Shown: one piece after another, positions 230,625 to 246,859 of the stretch
Numbering within the stretch: position 1 is the first letter of the stretch
How the letters are laid out: the number at the start of each line of letters is the position of its first letter
From: Octopus vulgaris
Taxonomy: Eukaryota
Assembly (NCBI GenBank): GCA_951406725.2
Contig: OX597826.1
Span: 60,036,001 to 60,284,000 of the forward strand
Length of the DNA stretch: 248,000 nucleotides
Direction: 5' to 3'
Notes under the pieces: generated by a model
What the model saw: the letters and a program-made list of their open reading frames with translations, nothing else
What the model was told of the DNA's origin: nothing
The model's database searches: none
Made by a program: the position numbers and the translations under genes

Positions 230625-230655
230625 ATGTATCTATATATGTAAGGATATATCTATG

Positions 230656-230690
<35 letters not shown>

Positions 230691-230815
230691 ATGTATATAA
230701 ATTAAAGAAGAACCACTACGTAGCAATTCAACAATAGTATACTTAAATCATAATTTAGTATTACTAAATTGATTTTTTCCCTGTAAATTGGAAACATATT
230801 CCCTAATATCATTAA

Positions 230816-230867
<52 letters not shown>

Positions 230868-231139
230868 AATATAATAATAAGAGTAAATAATTTCTTTAAT
230901 GGTTTTTAATAAAACCAACAATTATTTACAGGTAGATTTAGGGATGTAAATATAACTATTAACGGGAGGAACTTCTGTAAAGTTCAGTATATATATGTTG
231001 TATATAAATAAAAGGGGCAGGCAACAGGTTGCTTGGCCGCATACCGAAAAATTAAAAATGGCAGCAAAAATAGAAATAAACAGTCTATGGATGTCATTTC
231101 TAATTTTTCGGTATGCGGCCAAGCAACCTATTGCCTGCC

Positions 231140-231174
<35 letters not shown>

Positions 231175-231204
231175 ATAGATAGATAGACAGACAAACAGAC
231201 AGAG

Positions 231205-231348
<144 letters not shown>

Positions 231349-231529
231349 GTAGATATAGATTTATTCAAAGATATTGGATGCAGCTGTGCATCGTCCACCA
231401 GATGGAGGAGATGTCCTCCTCTTGAGTTTAAAAAATCGCAGTAAAATCCGTTCTAACAGAACAGGCATGTGGAAGTGGGTACCTCTTACTGCGATCACCC
231501 CTTAGAGAGATTTTAGAACTAGCTTTTAG

Positions 231530-231631
<102 letters not shown>

Positions 231632-232399
231632 CTATATATATATATATATATATAATTAATCAATATAGGGTGGCAAAAAAATTCGCAGAATTTTTTTGCC
231701 ACCAGCGGCCTAGTGGGAAAAAAATTAAATAGTCATAGACCATTTATAAATTCAACAGCAAAATCAAGGAACGGCCATAATAGACCATTCACCCACTAGA
231801 AATAACAGCCAAGGCTTCAACCGCAAAACAACATTAATTCCATAAACCAGGAGAAAATTAAAAAAACATTTACCCTGTAATTCTTTATACGATGCACCGT
231901 TTCTTCTATTGTTTAATGGTAAACTAACCTGATTAAATTAAATCAAGCTAGTCTTCCATAGGCCGATAGAATCGTCAGTAAAGAACAGCCAGATCGGAGC
232001 AGATATTTACACGAGGCACTTCTACTACTGTCTCGGCAATATCTGACCTAAAATGTTCAAATCATCGCACTCGCGCCAAATTTACCGGCAGCAAATATAA
232101 GCCGCCGATTCCATTACGGAATTAACCAGAAAATTCATAATTAATCAATATAGGGTGGCAAAAAATTTCACAGAATTTTCTTGCCACCAGCGGCCTAGTG
232201 GGAAAAAATTGATTTAATTTAATCAGGTTAGTTTACCATTAAACAATAGAAGAAACGGTGCATCGTATAAAGAATTACAGGGTAAATGTTTTTTTAATTT
232301 TCTCCTGGTTTATGGAATTAATGTTGTTTTGCGGTTGAAGCCTTGGCTGTTATTTCTAGTGGGTGAATGGTCTATTATGGCCGTTCCTTGATTTTGCTG

Positions 232400-232518
<119 letters not shown>

Positions 232519-232668
232519 TGCAGGAGTGGCTGTGTGGTAAGTAGCTTGCTAACCAACCACATGGTTCCGGGATCAGTCCCACTGCGTGGCATCTTCTGCT
232601 ATAGCCCCGGGCCGACCAATGCCTTGTGAATGGATTTGGTAGTCGGAAACTGAAAGAAGCCTGTCGTA

Positions 232669-232725
<57 letters not shown>

Positions 232726-233506
232726 TTGTGTGTCTGTGTTTGTCCCCCTAGCATTGCTTGACAACCGATGCTGCTGTGTTTATGTCCCCGTTACTTAGCG
232801 GTTCGGCAAAAGAGACTGATAGAGAAAGTACTGGGCTTACAAAGAATAAGTGCCGGGGTCGATTTGCTCGACTAAAGGCGGTGCTCCAGCATGGCCGCAG
232901 TCAAATGACTGAAACAAGTAAAAGAGTAAAAGAGTAATATATATATATATAAGTGTGCATATATATAAATATATATTTAGATACATACACACACACACAC
233001 CTACTGTATGTGTCTATGTATATACAGAGAGTGATGATGAATATTTCTTTACATTTATGGCTATTTAGGTTATTGTCGTCCTTGTTATTGTTTATCAGTT
233101 CGTTTATGTTTCTGTTTCTTACTTTTGCTTACGTGTTAAATGAGTTCACCGATTTGAATGTATCTAACGTGTTCGATACTGTTCGATGTGTTTGAAGATT
233201 AATTAGCGACACACAGACTTTTGGCGAGAGACATTTAAATACGTTATGTAGCATGAAGCAAAAGAAACAAAAAAAATTAATAAAATAAAACGTTCAATAA
233301 ATAGCTATTACAGGCGAACAAAATCGATTATGTGAATTCGCGAGTCTTTCAATATGACGCGTGGAATGTATGTGTTTATATGTAATATATGTATGTATGT
233401 ACATGTATATATGTGTGTGTATGTGTGTGTATGAAGGCAGAGAGATACATGTGTGTGCACGTATGTATGGATATATACATATATATATATATATATATAT
233501 TTATAC

Positions 233507-233537
<31 letters not shown>

Positions 233538-233542
233538 CACAC

Positions 233543-233614
<72 letters not shown>

Positions 233615-234153
233615 TGATAGATAGATAGATAGACAGACACGTATATATGTATACACATATTCATAACATATGTATATAGATTGCGGGGAAGAAAGAGGGA
233701 AAGGGAGGGAATAGTTAGGGTGAAAGCTCTGAGTGATATTACACGAGATAAAAAATCGTTTGATAAGGCCAAAACAACGAAAAATGAAGTTCAAAGCGAA
233801 AAACAAAGTGAAAACGGAAGCGTTCTTAGAGATTTACCTTACATTTCGATATTTTGGTTTATGACCCGTCCCTCAGAAGATGGACAAGAATGAAGGATGG
233901 AATGAGTCGTTGCTTACATACGTGGGAGAGAACAGTGATATGCGCATTGGTGTTGTTATAATAGTTAGTCGGGTTCTCTTTTCTCTTGTTTAGTGCTGGC
234001 ATATATCAATAGATGGATTCGTTGATTCTAAGTCTGCGATGAGTGGCCCCCGATAGATGCAGTGAAAACCTAGTTCAGGTACTTTGAACCAAATTAGTTT
234101 TAGCTAATGTACTCATACTTATATATATGTATATATTTACATAAGTACATATA

Positions 234154-234281
<128 letters not shown>

Positions 234282-234437
234282 CGGGAAGCTTTATGAAAAT
234301 AGACAAAAGACGAAGGCAGGTTTGCGGAAATAAACAAAAGACGAAGGCAGGTGGAATACAAACAATCAATTGTATTAGTATGGCGCTCAGAAAATATAAA
234401 AAAAAACAAGTCTTTAACGTTTCGAGCCTACGCTCTT

Positions 234438-234486
<49 letters not shown>

Positions 234487-234970
234487 AAAACACACACACA
234501 CACTCGTATATGTGTGTATTCATGTAAGAATGTGTGTATGTAATGTGAAATGTACTATGTATATTTAGAAAAAAGATATAGCGAGAGACAAAGAAAGAGA
234601 GAGCGAGCGAGCGAAAAAGAATGAGTGAGAGAGACAATGTCAGCGAGGGGCCTCACATTGCAATGATTAAAATAAATCTAAATTTAAAACCTAACTTGAA
234701 GACATTAATTTATTTAACGACTCATTTGGTGGAAAATTAATCTGTCGCATTATAGTGTCGCAAGCGCGTATCCAAACACCTAGGCATTAAAGATGCGACA
234801 GTTGAAACAGTAAAATATAGTATTTACATACCAAGGCTGTCTAATTCTCAGAAACTTTAGTGTCTTTAATCCTTTCATTCTAATATTTTCCTTGTCACAG
234901 ACTCCTCTGCTTACATATATATTTTTTATTATTTCAGAGCTCATTTCTCTATATATGTATACATATATAC

Positions 234971-235067
<97 letters not shown>

Positions 235068-235175
235068 AATAGCTTTCTATGTATGTTTTTATGTATGTAT
235101 GTATGTATGTATGTATGTATGTATGTATGTATGTATGTATGTATCTATCTTTCTATCTATCTATCTCTCTATCTA

Positions 235176-235285
<110 letters not shown>

Positions 235286-235339
235286 AATAGCTTTCTATGT
235301 ATGTTTTTATGTATGCGTGTATGTATGTATGTATGTATG

Positions 235340-235384
<45 letters not shown>

Positions 235385-235402
235385 CTCTCTCTCTCTCTCT
235401 CT

Positions 235403-235443
<41 letters not shown>

Positions 235444-236139
235444 CGGGAAGCTTTATGAAAATAAACAAAAGACGAAGGCAGGTGGAAAACAAACGAACAA
235501 TTGTATTAGTATGGCGCTCAGGAAATATAAATAAAACAAGTCTTTAACGTTTCGAGCCTACGCTCTTCAACAGAAAGATACACAGAGAGAGAAAAACACA
235601 GAAAGCAGGAGAGAAAAAAAATGCGTGCAGTAGCTAACGAATCAACATGGCGATCTGATTTCGGCCAGAGGTCAAAGATCAAACATGAGACGCGAGAGCG
235701 AAATAAGGGGAGATAATAGGGTTGATAAAAGGGTTGAGGGACCAGCTAATAGTGCGTAGGAGGGGTCTGGATGTGTGTATGTATAGGGTTGGTGTATGTA
235801 TTAGTATGTATAAGGGTGTCTGTGTGTGTGTGTGTGTGTGTGTGTATGAGAGAGTATTAGTGCGTAGGATTGGTCTGGACGTGCGTATGTATGGGGTTGG
235901 TGTATGTATTAGTATGTATTAGTATGTATTAGTACGTATTGGTATGTATAAGTGTGTGTGTGTGTGTATGAGAGAGTATAAGTGCGTATGCGGGGTCTGG
236001 ACGTGTGTATGTATAGGGTTGGTGTATGTATTAGTATGTACTAGTATGTATTAGTACGTATTAGTATGTATTAGTTGGCGTGTGTATTAGTATGGCACAT
236101 CATATGTGATGTGATGTGTAAAGTCATGTGGTGTAGTGA

Positions 236140-236460
236140 GGAGAAGAGGGGGAGGGGAGAAGAGGGGGGAGAGAAGGGGAGGGGAAGAATAGGGGGAGGA
236201 GAGGATGGGGGAGGAGGGGGATGAAGGAGGAAAGAGGAAGAGGGAGAGAGAAGGGGAGAGAGAGAAGGGGAGAGAGAGAAGGGGAGAGAGGGAGTGAGGG
236301 AGCAGAGGGAAGGGGAAGAGGGAGGGAGAAAGAGGGAAGAAGGGAAGGGGAGTAGGGGTGAAAGGATGAAGGACTGAAGAAGTAGGGGTCGGGGGTAAAG
236401 GATAGGTGAGGAGGGCGGAGAGGGGGGTTAGATGAGGAGGGGGGGAGAGTTGAGACCAAA
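236140..236460. repeat. Strand-asymmetric G/A-rich block
   Basis: About 320 bp of almost only G and A, with many G-runs. Confidence 0.85.
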
Positions 236461-237540
236461 TGGCGTATAAGAGCGAATATATATATATTCTTTTATTCCT
236501 TTATTATTTTATTTGTTTCAGTCATTTGACTGCGGCCTATCCTGGAGTACCGCCTTTAGTCGAGGAAATCGACCCCAGAACTTATTCTTTGTAAGCCTAG
236601 TACTTATTCTATCGGCCTCTTTTGCCGAACCGCTAAGTTACAAGGACCTAAAGACACCAGCATCTGTTTTCAAGCGATGTTGCGGGGGGCAAACACAGAC
236701 ACACAAACATATACGCACGCACACACACACACATACATTCACACACACATACATGTATATATAAATATATATATATATATTCGACAGGCTTCTTTCAGTT
236801 TCCCTCTACCAAATCCACTCACAAGGCTTCGGTCGGCCCGAAGCTATAGTAGAAGACACTTGCCCATGGTGCCACGCAGTGGGACTGAACCCGGAAGCAT
236901 GTGGTTGGTAAGCAACCAACTTACCACATGCATACATGCATATGCATTTACATAAGTACATATACTTATATGTATAATAAATTCCATTCCCACTTCCATT
237001 CACTTCTCTACCTGTTTCCATCTTTCTTGCTTTGATTTGTTACTGAGATCTGTCTCTCTTGTTTTCTACTACCTTACTTCTATTCCAACGTTTGTTTTTT
237101 ACTTATATTTTGTCTGTATATTCTACATGTCAATTATCATTAAATGAATGCATTCTGTTTTTATACCCAGGAATTCATGATATACTTCTTTTGCTTTCAT
237201 ACAATATATATCCCACCGCTTGCATACGTATTTCTTTTAGATATCTCTTCTTACTTTTCTGACCTACTCATATTTTTCGTTCCATAACTTCCATACATTA
237301 GGTTTCTTACACAAAAACGGTAGCGATTTATATCATGACATTTTTTTCACATAACTATATATCATGATGCTCCCTCTATCTCCCTCTCTCCTACTTTACC
237401 CCTCTATAACTTTGTATGTATGTATGAATGGATGTATGTAAGTTTGTATATATGTATTTATGTATGTATATATGAGTATGTATATTTTCGGCTTCGGGTC
237501 AAAGTTTACAACCATTATTGCTGTTATTATTATTATTATA

Positions 237541-237595
<55 letters not shown>

Positions 237596-238478
237596 GAATA
237601 TTCTTCAGGTTGAGTAGCCCAACCTGCTCAAAAGTTTATCATTATGGAATTAATGAGTAGGGAAATTGCGATTTATAGAAATTACCCCTGCAATTACTAG
237701 ACACGTTCTCCCACTCAAGGTGGTTATAATCAACATCGCCACCAGTGAACAAACCAGATAACCACAATATGCTCAGCCAAGTGAGCATCCCTTAAAAATA
237801 AAACGGGATTGAGATATTTGTACGTTGTTTTCACCAGTTACTTTTACAGAAAGGGACCGCATCCATCTGTATTATGGTTATTGTCAAAATCATCAATTTG
237901 CCTGAACATATTGAACATATTACATTTGCTCTTAGTCTTTAGAATTTTAAACAACCTTAGAGAGTATACGCTTGAATGAACTCAGATAATTCAGTTTTAA
238001 ATGCAGAAATAAACTCAATCAACGAGATACAACAAAGTATATTAAATGTGTTGCAACCTATAGCGTTTCCTTTGAATATGTAGAACACTACCAGAAGGTA
238101 TTACCTCTGCCACTTATTATGATTGTTTATAATTGTGTATCTACTAGTGTATTTGTGCATGTTTGTCACTCAATAGTTTTAAGATGGCGTATGTTTTGTG
238201 TATGCCCAGTAGTTGTATTTTTACGTTCATGCATGATTTACGAAACAGAAAACCGTACGCTCGAAAGACTTAACTATGTTTTTGTTACTAAAAAAAGGTT
238301 TTATTTTCATGTTATTTTCAGTATCATTCCTTAAATATACGAAACCGCAAGGTATGTACTTATAAACACATATTCCCTACATCTCTCTGTTACTCATATA
238401 CACACAAAAACACACACATGTATTATTTGTGTGCATAAATATACCTGTTTCTCTTCCATTCTCTTTCTGTCTATATGT

Positions 238479-238509
<31 letters not shown>

Positions 238510-241032
238510 CATTCTTTCTCTCTTCAGACACGCACATTCTCCCGTATATATATATATATATATATATATATGTAGAAGGTTGAAAAGAAACACAGTTGAT
238601 ATATATGGAAAAAGTCATGATAGAAAATGCTAAAATAATTATCTAAAAATTATTTCAGTACCGGTTCCAATCATTGGGACCTTTTGAACTATATTTATGG
238701 AAAACAATTAAATTTTGGAAAAAATTGAAATTTTCCAAGATTTAATTGTTTTCCATACTTACAGTTGAAAAAGGAACAAACTGAGGAAAAGAATGTAATT
238801 GTTTATATAATTTTTGTTGCAGTTACACGTAGGATAAGACTTACATATATAAATTAAATATAGACATATTCTATTGACAATCAAATAATATATTTATATT
238901 ACGATTACATTAAATTCTACGAATATAATATATAACGTAACATATTATATAATATAAACAATTATAAAAGCCAAAAAAGGCCAACAAATTGTTTCAACGT
239001 ATTTATATCTTTCCTAATATACATAATCATAGTTCCATTATATATATAGTAACTTCCGTTTCTTTGGTTTAGAAAAAGACGAAATTCCATGTGAAAGGAC
239101 GGCTGGATTTTAGAAATTAATTCAAATGTCTGTGTTATGAGTGTGGGCGTTAACTATTCTACCACACATCAATTACAATTAAATAAATAACAAAAACACT
239201 TCAATGGGCGAAAGAATCAAGTAAGTGCAATCCACAACCTTCGAAATTAATTTCAATCGTCGCAATTAATTTCATTATATCTCAAACACATACCAATTGA
239301 AACCCTTTCATGTCCAAGATAGCCGCTTGTCATCACAACATACAACAATAAAATGTGTGTGTATAAATGTATACAATTAAGTATCTAAGTCTTCTCCAAC
239401 GTGTAACTGCAACAAAAAATATATGAACAAATATATTATTTTCCTCGGTGTGCTGCTTTTATATACATACATACATACATACATACATACATACATACGC
239501 GCACACACAGACACATAGGTATGCATGCACGTATGTAAATATATCTTTAGAGATAGCGGACGATTTTCTTTTTCGGTGGGGCAGAGACGGAAATTCAAAT
239601 AAAATATTTAAGAAACTGGTCTTAATGTGAAGCATTGTAGTCGAACTTCATCGTTCTGAGTTCCAACACCAAAAGATTCAAGGTCATCACAAATTTAGAT
239701 AAACATCATCGGGACAGGAACTAGAACTATTGACTATTAAGTTACTTCCCCTATTGTGACGCAAGATATAGTTATGGAAGTAGTACTTTTTTGCTCCATA
239801 GACTATAAGTATAGTTGGAAATTCCATAGTTGATTTGAATAGTGTAAGGCGATTGGATGTAGTGTATACAAAACTACTGACTATGTAATCTTTCTCAAAA
239901 TACAATTTTGTCTAAAACATTTAACTGTCCGTATATATACTATTTTCCTTGTTACATACTTATACCCGCTTGTAACTTAAGAGATTTTATCTGTCATTAA
240001 TCACTTTGCATCAAAATGTAAGCAAACCTTACAAAATGTAAAGCATTGGAGTGGCTGCGTGGTAGTAGCTTGCTTACCAACTACATGGTTTTGGGTTCAG
240101 TCCCACTGCGTGGCACGTTGGGCAAGTCCCTTCTACTATAGCCTCAGGCCGACCAAAGCCTTGTGAGTGGATTTGGTAGATGGAAACTGATAGAAGCCCG
240201 TCGTATATATATATATATATGTATGTGTGTGTATACGTTTGTGTCTGTGTTTGTCCCCTAAAAACCGCTTGACAACCGATGCTGATGTGTTACGTCCCCG
240301 TAACTTAGAGGTTCGTCAGAAGAGACCGATAGCGTAAGTACTAGGCTTACAAAGAGTAAGTCCTGGGGTCGATTTGCTCGACTAAAGGCGGTGCTCCAGC
240401 ATGGCCACAGTCAAATGACTAAAGCAAGTAAAAGAATAAAAGAATAAAAGAATAAACCTCTCGCCTTCCATTTTCGTGTCTTCTTTTCTATATGGTTTTC
240501 ATCATATTTATTTTGCGTGGTCAGTATAAATTCTGCCTCTAAATTCTTTCTTTGTATCATCTGTTATTCTGTATTTCATTCTCTATTCCTATCAAATCTT
240601 CTTTCTACCTTTTCATTAAGTCTGCAGTTTCCTCCTCTCTCTCTCTCTTCTCATCCATTTCTCTATCACATCTTTGCTCCTGCACCAATATCAATTCTCG
240701 CGCCATTGCCAGTGTCTCCGCTACCATCAATAACATGACTGCCCACTGTTTACTTCCTGTGTATGAGTTGCTTACATAAAAGTGACGTTGGAATGAACTA
240801 TTGTATTCGTAGAAAAGATGGAAAATACATTTTTCAATAATACTCAAATATATATTGATATACTGCTTTGAAAACGTGTTTCTATATGGTTATCTATCTG
240901 CCTGTTTGTCTGTCTGTCTGCCTGCCTTTCTCTCTGTCTCTCTATCTATCTATCTGATTGCCTGTCAGTCTGTGTGTCTGTATTCCTGTCTAAAGCTCTC
241001 CCTCACCTGTCTGTCTTTTCTCTCTCTTTCTT

Positions 241033-241091
<59 letters not shown>

Positions 241092-241136
241092 ATATATATA
241101 TGTGAGTTTATCTATATCTCTGTATATATCTATATC

Positions 241137-241202
<66 letters not shown>

Positions 241203-242488
241203 CATATATATATGCATGTATTTGCGTGCGTGTTGTTTTCATATTATTGTTTTTAATATTACTCGTTATATTTTGTTTTAAAGTCAGACTTCTCGCTGTT
241301 ATGTAATATTTTGTGTGCATTGTGTATGTATGCACATATGTATAAGATATATGTAAATATGTGGACGTATATATATGTTGTAGATATGTTGGTATGTATG
241401 TTGTATACGTCCGTATGCATATATTCAAGGTAGTGTTGTTTTCGTGTAAGACAATGGACGCTTCAAAATGTTTTTTAGTAGCTTCTTATGTGGTGTGGTA
241501 TCTAAATCTAAACTTATTTTCTTCGGCTTTTACAGTGTCACCTCATACACAAATGCATGTCTGCACGCGTTTAAATTCAGACATATAGATATAGAGGGAC
241601 ATAATTATTGTAATCCAGTTAGAACGTAGATATAAAAGGAAATGTGAGAGAACTATAAGGGGAAAATGGTAAGTAATTTGCCAAGAAAATCAATCGAGAC
241701 TGTGGGCGATGGTCTATATATTTAACAAGTGTTTCTCAAAGAGTCTAGATTTTTCCGACATATTGGACATATTTCAATTGAGTTCTGTCTCGGGTAATTT
241801 TTAAAGAATACTCACCTATTATTGTTTTTGTAAGATCTTCATACTTCCACAATTTTCTATTTCGTACCTTAGACCTAAACGCCGTCTGTTTATCATGGGA
241901 TGTATTCAAGTATTTTTGTGATTATCCTAGCTTTTAGGTAAGAATGGCTATAGTATCCTAGGCGAAATTTCTTTCTGTAAACTAGAGATGGTTTGATATA
242001 GGTTAACGCAGTTTTGTAATAGCTTCTGAATTACAGGACATATTAAGTGTTCGAAAAATTTGTTTCAACATAAGCAAAATATATTTTATAAGCATGAAGA
242101 TATACAGTTTCTATTAGTTGTACAACTTGAGGTCTTTGAACTCGGAATCTATGCTTAAGATAATCAGAGACGTGTTTATTTTTATGAAATTCTTTTAAGC
242201 CATGGAAACATTAAATATAAACTTCGCTGAGAACATTGCTTTAAACGGAGAGATAATTCAGCACCGTCTTATCGTTGGAAGGCGTGTAAGTGCAGTTACA
242301 ACCAATTTTGCTTTTAAATCCGTTGCTTAGTAACTCATTGTTGCATTTGTATATTTGTCTTTCTATTTGTTGACAAACTATATAATTATCATCAAACTCC
242401 AAAAGCGAGTTCTAATGAATTTTTGATGTAAAATACCAGTGCTACACCTGCATTCAAGTGATAGTCTTTTGTTTATGCAATGTATGTT

Positions 242489-242520
<32 letters not shown>

Positions 242521-243135
242521 CGCGTGTATTTGTATGTATATATTTATTACATATGTACATATATACATATATACGTATAAACACACACTCACATATACAT
242601 ATATATGTATATGTATATATACGTACATATATATATAAATATATATATAATCCTGTATGTCTATGCATTCATATGCATATACATGTGCGCATGTGTGTTT
242701 GTGTGTATGTGTATGCGCGGTGTATGTGTGTGTGTGAGTGAATCATTGTGTGTGTGTGTGTGTCTGTGTATGTGTGTGTGAGTGTGTGTGTGTGCGAGTA
242801 CATCTATATGTATGTGTAACTATGCCTTAAATATCTTTGGAGTGTGGGATCAGTTGCATTTGCAGCATATGATGCAGCTATTTACACTCCCCGAATTCAA
242901 GGCATAGGCCGTGACAAGAAGACGCTTGGTAGCTGTTGCAGCTGCTACAGAACTGTACAGAGATCATTGGCCATTCTCGTAGAAGAGTAAGTTGTGAAGA
243001 AAGGACACATTGAAACATTGGTAACTGCTCATATTCCTAAAAAAAACAGCTTGTTCATGTCATTATATGCATGTGCTATCAGCTATGTATATGCTTGCAT
243101 ACATATGTATATACGTACATACACACACATGTATA

Positions 243136-243166
<31 letters not shown>

Positions 243167-243253
243167 GTAAATATCTATATATATATATACATACTTATAT
243201 ATATATATACATATATATATATATGTAAATATCTATATATATATACATACATA

Positions 243254-243293
<40 letters not shown>

Positions 243294-243296
243294 TCC

Positions 243297-243344
<48 letters not shown>

Positions 243345-243389
243345 GTATATATATATGGATATTTACATATATATATATTTATATATACA

Positions 243390-243423
<34 letters not shown>

Positions 243424-243618
243424 AGTATGTATGTATATATATATATAGATATTTATATATATATATATATATATATATAAATATATATATACATGTGTGT
243501 GTATGTACGTATATACGTATGTATGCAAGCATGTACATACATGATAGCACATGCATATAATGACATGAACAAGCTGTTTCTTTAGGAATATGAGGAGTTA
243601 CCAATGCTTCAACGTTTC

Positions 243619-243688
<70 letters not shown>

Positions 243689-243969
243689 GTGTATATATGT
243701 ATATATACATGTGGACAGCCATATGCTAGAAATAGATCCCCTATGATAAGACTACTGAATTTCTCTAGAGAATATTCTTTCTCTGTAGTTTGATCGTAAG
243801 TGATATATTTGAAAACAAATGGCTGTCCACATGGTGGTTTTTAAACCTTAAAATATACACATGTATTAGAATTTTCTCTATTTTTCAGATTTTTGTATGC
243901 TAGGCTACTGGTTTTAAATTGATATTAATTAAATTAATATTCAATTTAATTCCCACATTATTTAAATCT

Positions 243970-244046
<77 letters not shown>

Positions 244047-244149
244047 CATATATATATATACATATGTACATATATATACACATATACATACATATATAAA
244101 TATATGTGTGTGTTTGTGTGTGTGCGTGCGCGTGTGGACATATTTATAA

Positions 244150-244520
244150 TTGCATCCACAGATGCAATTATCTGACGCCTTGGTATATACGCTCTATTAC
244201 TACTGGATTACCGAAACACTTAAGAGTTCGATATCCCAACACTTTGTCCTCAGCATCACCCATATTAACACCTACAACTCCCCTCACGCAAAACCTACAC
244301 AAACACCTCAGCGGCACACATGCGCACAATACACCTTTGCTCAAAACAATACGAAAGTTCGATCTCTTAACGAATATCAATACCGGAGTTAAAAGCCTCC
244401 TAAAAGGGTCTTTAAAAGACTCCTAATGACAGTCTTTGTCCTGGTAAGGGATTTGTTATTGCAGAAGACCTTTCCGTTAATCTTTATTCTGGTCTTGTAA
244501 CATTTACAGTTATAGTCCCA
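244150..244520 (+). mobile_element. Possible Penelope-like ORF N-terminal fragment
   Basis: [19 protein letters not shown]...LTQNLHKHL..; lies next to the hammerhead-like inverted repeat at 244970-246304. Confidence 0.35.
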
Positions 244521-244903
244521 AACACTATGTACGTATGTATCGATATATATATATGTATGTAAGTATGCATGCATACGCACACAGAAACACACCCACACAT
244601 ATACCTATGTTCACATGTACCAACATACATATATGCACATATATTTATGCAACGATATACGTGCATACTTATACTTCTTATTAAACCATATTAAATGTTT
244701 CTTGACGGAAAGTACTAAGGTACTGAGTTACTTGCATTATAGATAATAGCAGCGAGTTCGTTTTATGTACGCGTATATGCACGCGAAATTATGTAATTAA
244801 ACACACAAACTCACACATATATGTATGTATGCTCTCTCTATATACGTGTGTGTTTGTGTGTGTGTGTTTGTGTGTGTGTGTATGTGTGTATCTATATATA
244901 TAC

Positions 244904-244952
<49 letters not shown>

Positions 244953-244969
244953 GGTCCCAGAGTAAATTA

Positions 244970-245805
244970 ATTTATTTTATAGAAGGAGCTTCTACAGGAC
245001 TAGAACTGTTTCATTCAAAAGAAATCATCAGGAAGCAAGTAGACAAGAGTTGTTTTGGTATTTATACATTTAGGCAGGTTTAAATGGGTTGTGGTGGGGG
245101 ACTTTTTTGGGGGTAGGCATGGCGCAAAACTGTCATTATTAGGGGAGTGGTCAAAGGAATCGGTGGTAAAGTAGATAAAAGAATAAATAAAAGAATAAAA
245201 AATAAAAATAAAAATAAAAGTAAAAATAAATATAAATATAAATGTGTGCATGTGTATATATGTATGAGTGTATATGTGTATGTATATGTATATGAATGTA
245301 TATGTGTATATATATATGTATATATATGTGTATATGTGTATGTATATGTATGTATGTGTATGTATGTGTACATGTATATGTGTATATATATTAATTAGTG
245401 TATATGTATGGACTAGTCTTATGTGGGTGTGTTGAGGTATGTATGTGTATGCGTGTATGTGAATATACGTGAATGTATGTAGATGTAGGCGTGTATGAAT
245501 ATAACTTGTGCGTGAGTGTACGTGTGGATGTGTGGGCGTGAGTAAGTGCTTGCGTTCGTATCAGTAAGTAGATAGAATAACAGAACCTTTAGAGATCCCT
245601 TGGGACAAGTTTGACCGGTCAAGATAAAAATAAAGATATAAACAAAAGTAGTTAATAAAATTAAAATAAGAGAATAAAGATGTGTGTGTATGTGCGTGCA
245701 TGTATATGCATATGTATATATATGTGCGAGTGGGTATACATATGTGTATGTATGTGTATGTGTTTGTGTATCTGTGTGTACGTACATGAGTATGTGTAGA
245801 TATAT

Positions 245806-245837
<32 letters not shown>

Positions 245838-246304
245838 ATGTGTATGTGTACGTATGTATGTGTATATATATATGTATGTATATGTGGGTATGTATGTATA
245901 TGTATAGATATATGTGAATAGGCGGGTGTGTATATGTGTATGTGTATATATATATATGTAGATGTACAAGTGAGAGTCTCCCCACTTACCTAAAACTTTT
246001 CTATTTATATTTTTTTATATATTTTTTGTTTTAATATTTATATTTATTTTTATTTATTTATTTATTTTTTTATTTTTATTCTTTTATTTATTCTTTTACC
246101 TACTTTACCACCGATTCCTTTGACCACTCCCCTAATAATGACAGTTTTGCGCCATGCCTACCCCCAAAAAAGTCCCCCCCCACCACCCATTTAAACCTGC
246201 CTAAATGTATAAATACCAAAACAACTCTTGTCTACTTGCTTCCTGATGATTTCTTTTGAATGAAACAGTTCTAGTCCTGTAGAAGCTCCTTCTATAAAAT
246301 AAAT
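244970..246304. repeat. Inverted repeat, about 245-bp arms and 850-bp spacer (PLE-type)
   Basis: 244970-245215 versus 246065-246304, nearly identical; contains CTGATGA...GAAAC at 246243-246266. Confidence 0.85.
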
Positions 246305-246609
246305 ATATATATATATATATATATATAGTAATACTAATATTACTAGAATTTACCGTATAACGGTCCTGGTTTCATACCGAATTCTATTTGGTGAAATTTA
246401 TTGATTACTTCGTAATTAATTAGTTTTACCCTTAATTGCTATATATATATGGTTTCACATGAAATGTCGCATTTCTAATTATTTGTTATTTCAATCATTT
246501 AAAAACTCAATGATGTATACTATTGTATTTAAAGTTGACTCTTTTTTTCTTTCCCAGTAATATTGGAATACAAAATTCGTCCCCACAGACCTTATGAAAA
246601 TGATAACAA

Positions 246610-246790
246610 CCAAATAGCTGTTGAATGATTTTCTCGTATGAGTACATACTGGGTCACCCTGCTGCAGAGGCTCTACAGAATATCAAGCGGGTCTTTCTTA
246701 ATGGCTTTGTTGACATCAGAACTTTTCAGAGAAGGTTCCAAAATTTTCGTTCAGGTGGTGATAGCCTTGAAAATAAACCAAGGATAATTA
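246610..246790 (+). mobile_element. mariner HTH fragment
   Basis: YEYILGHPAAEALQNIKRVFLNGFVDIRTFQRRFQNFRSGGDSLENKPR resembles the mariner HTH_48 region. Confidence 0.8.
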
Positions 246791-246859
246791 AAGGTGTTAC
246801 ATTCCTACTTCCAAAACATGAAGAAACATATTAACCAAAGATTTATCGACCCATAACCT

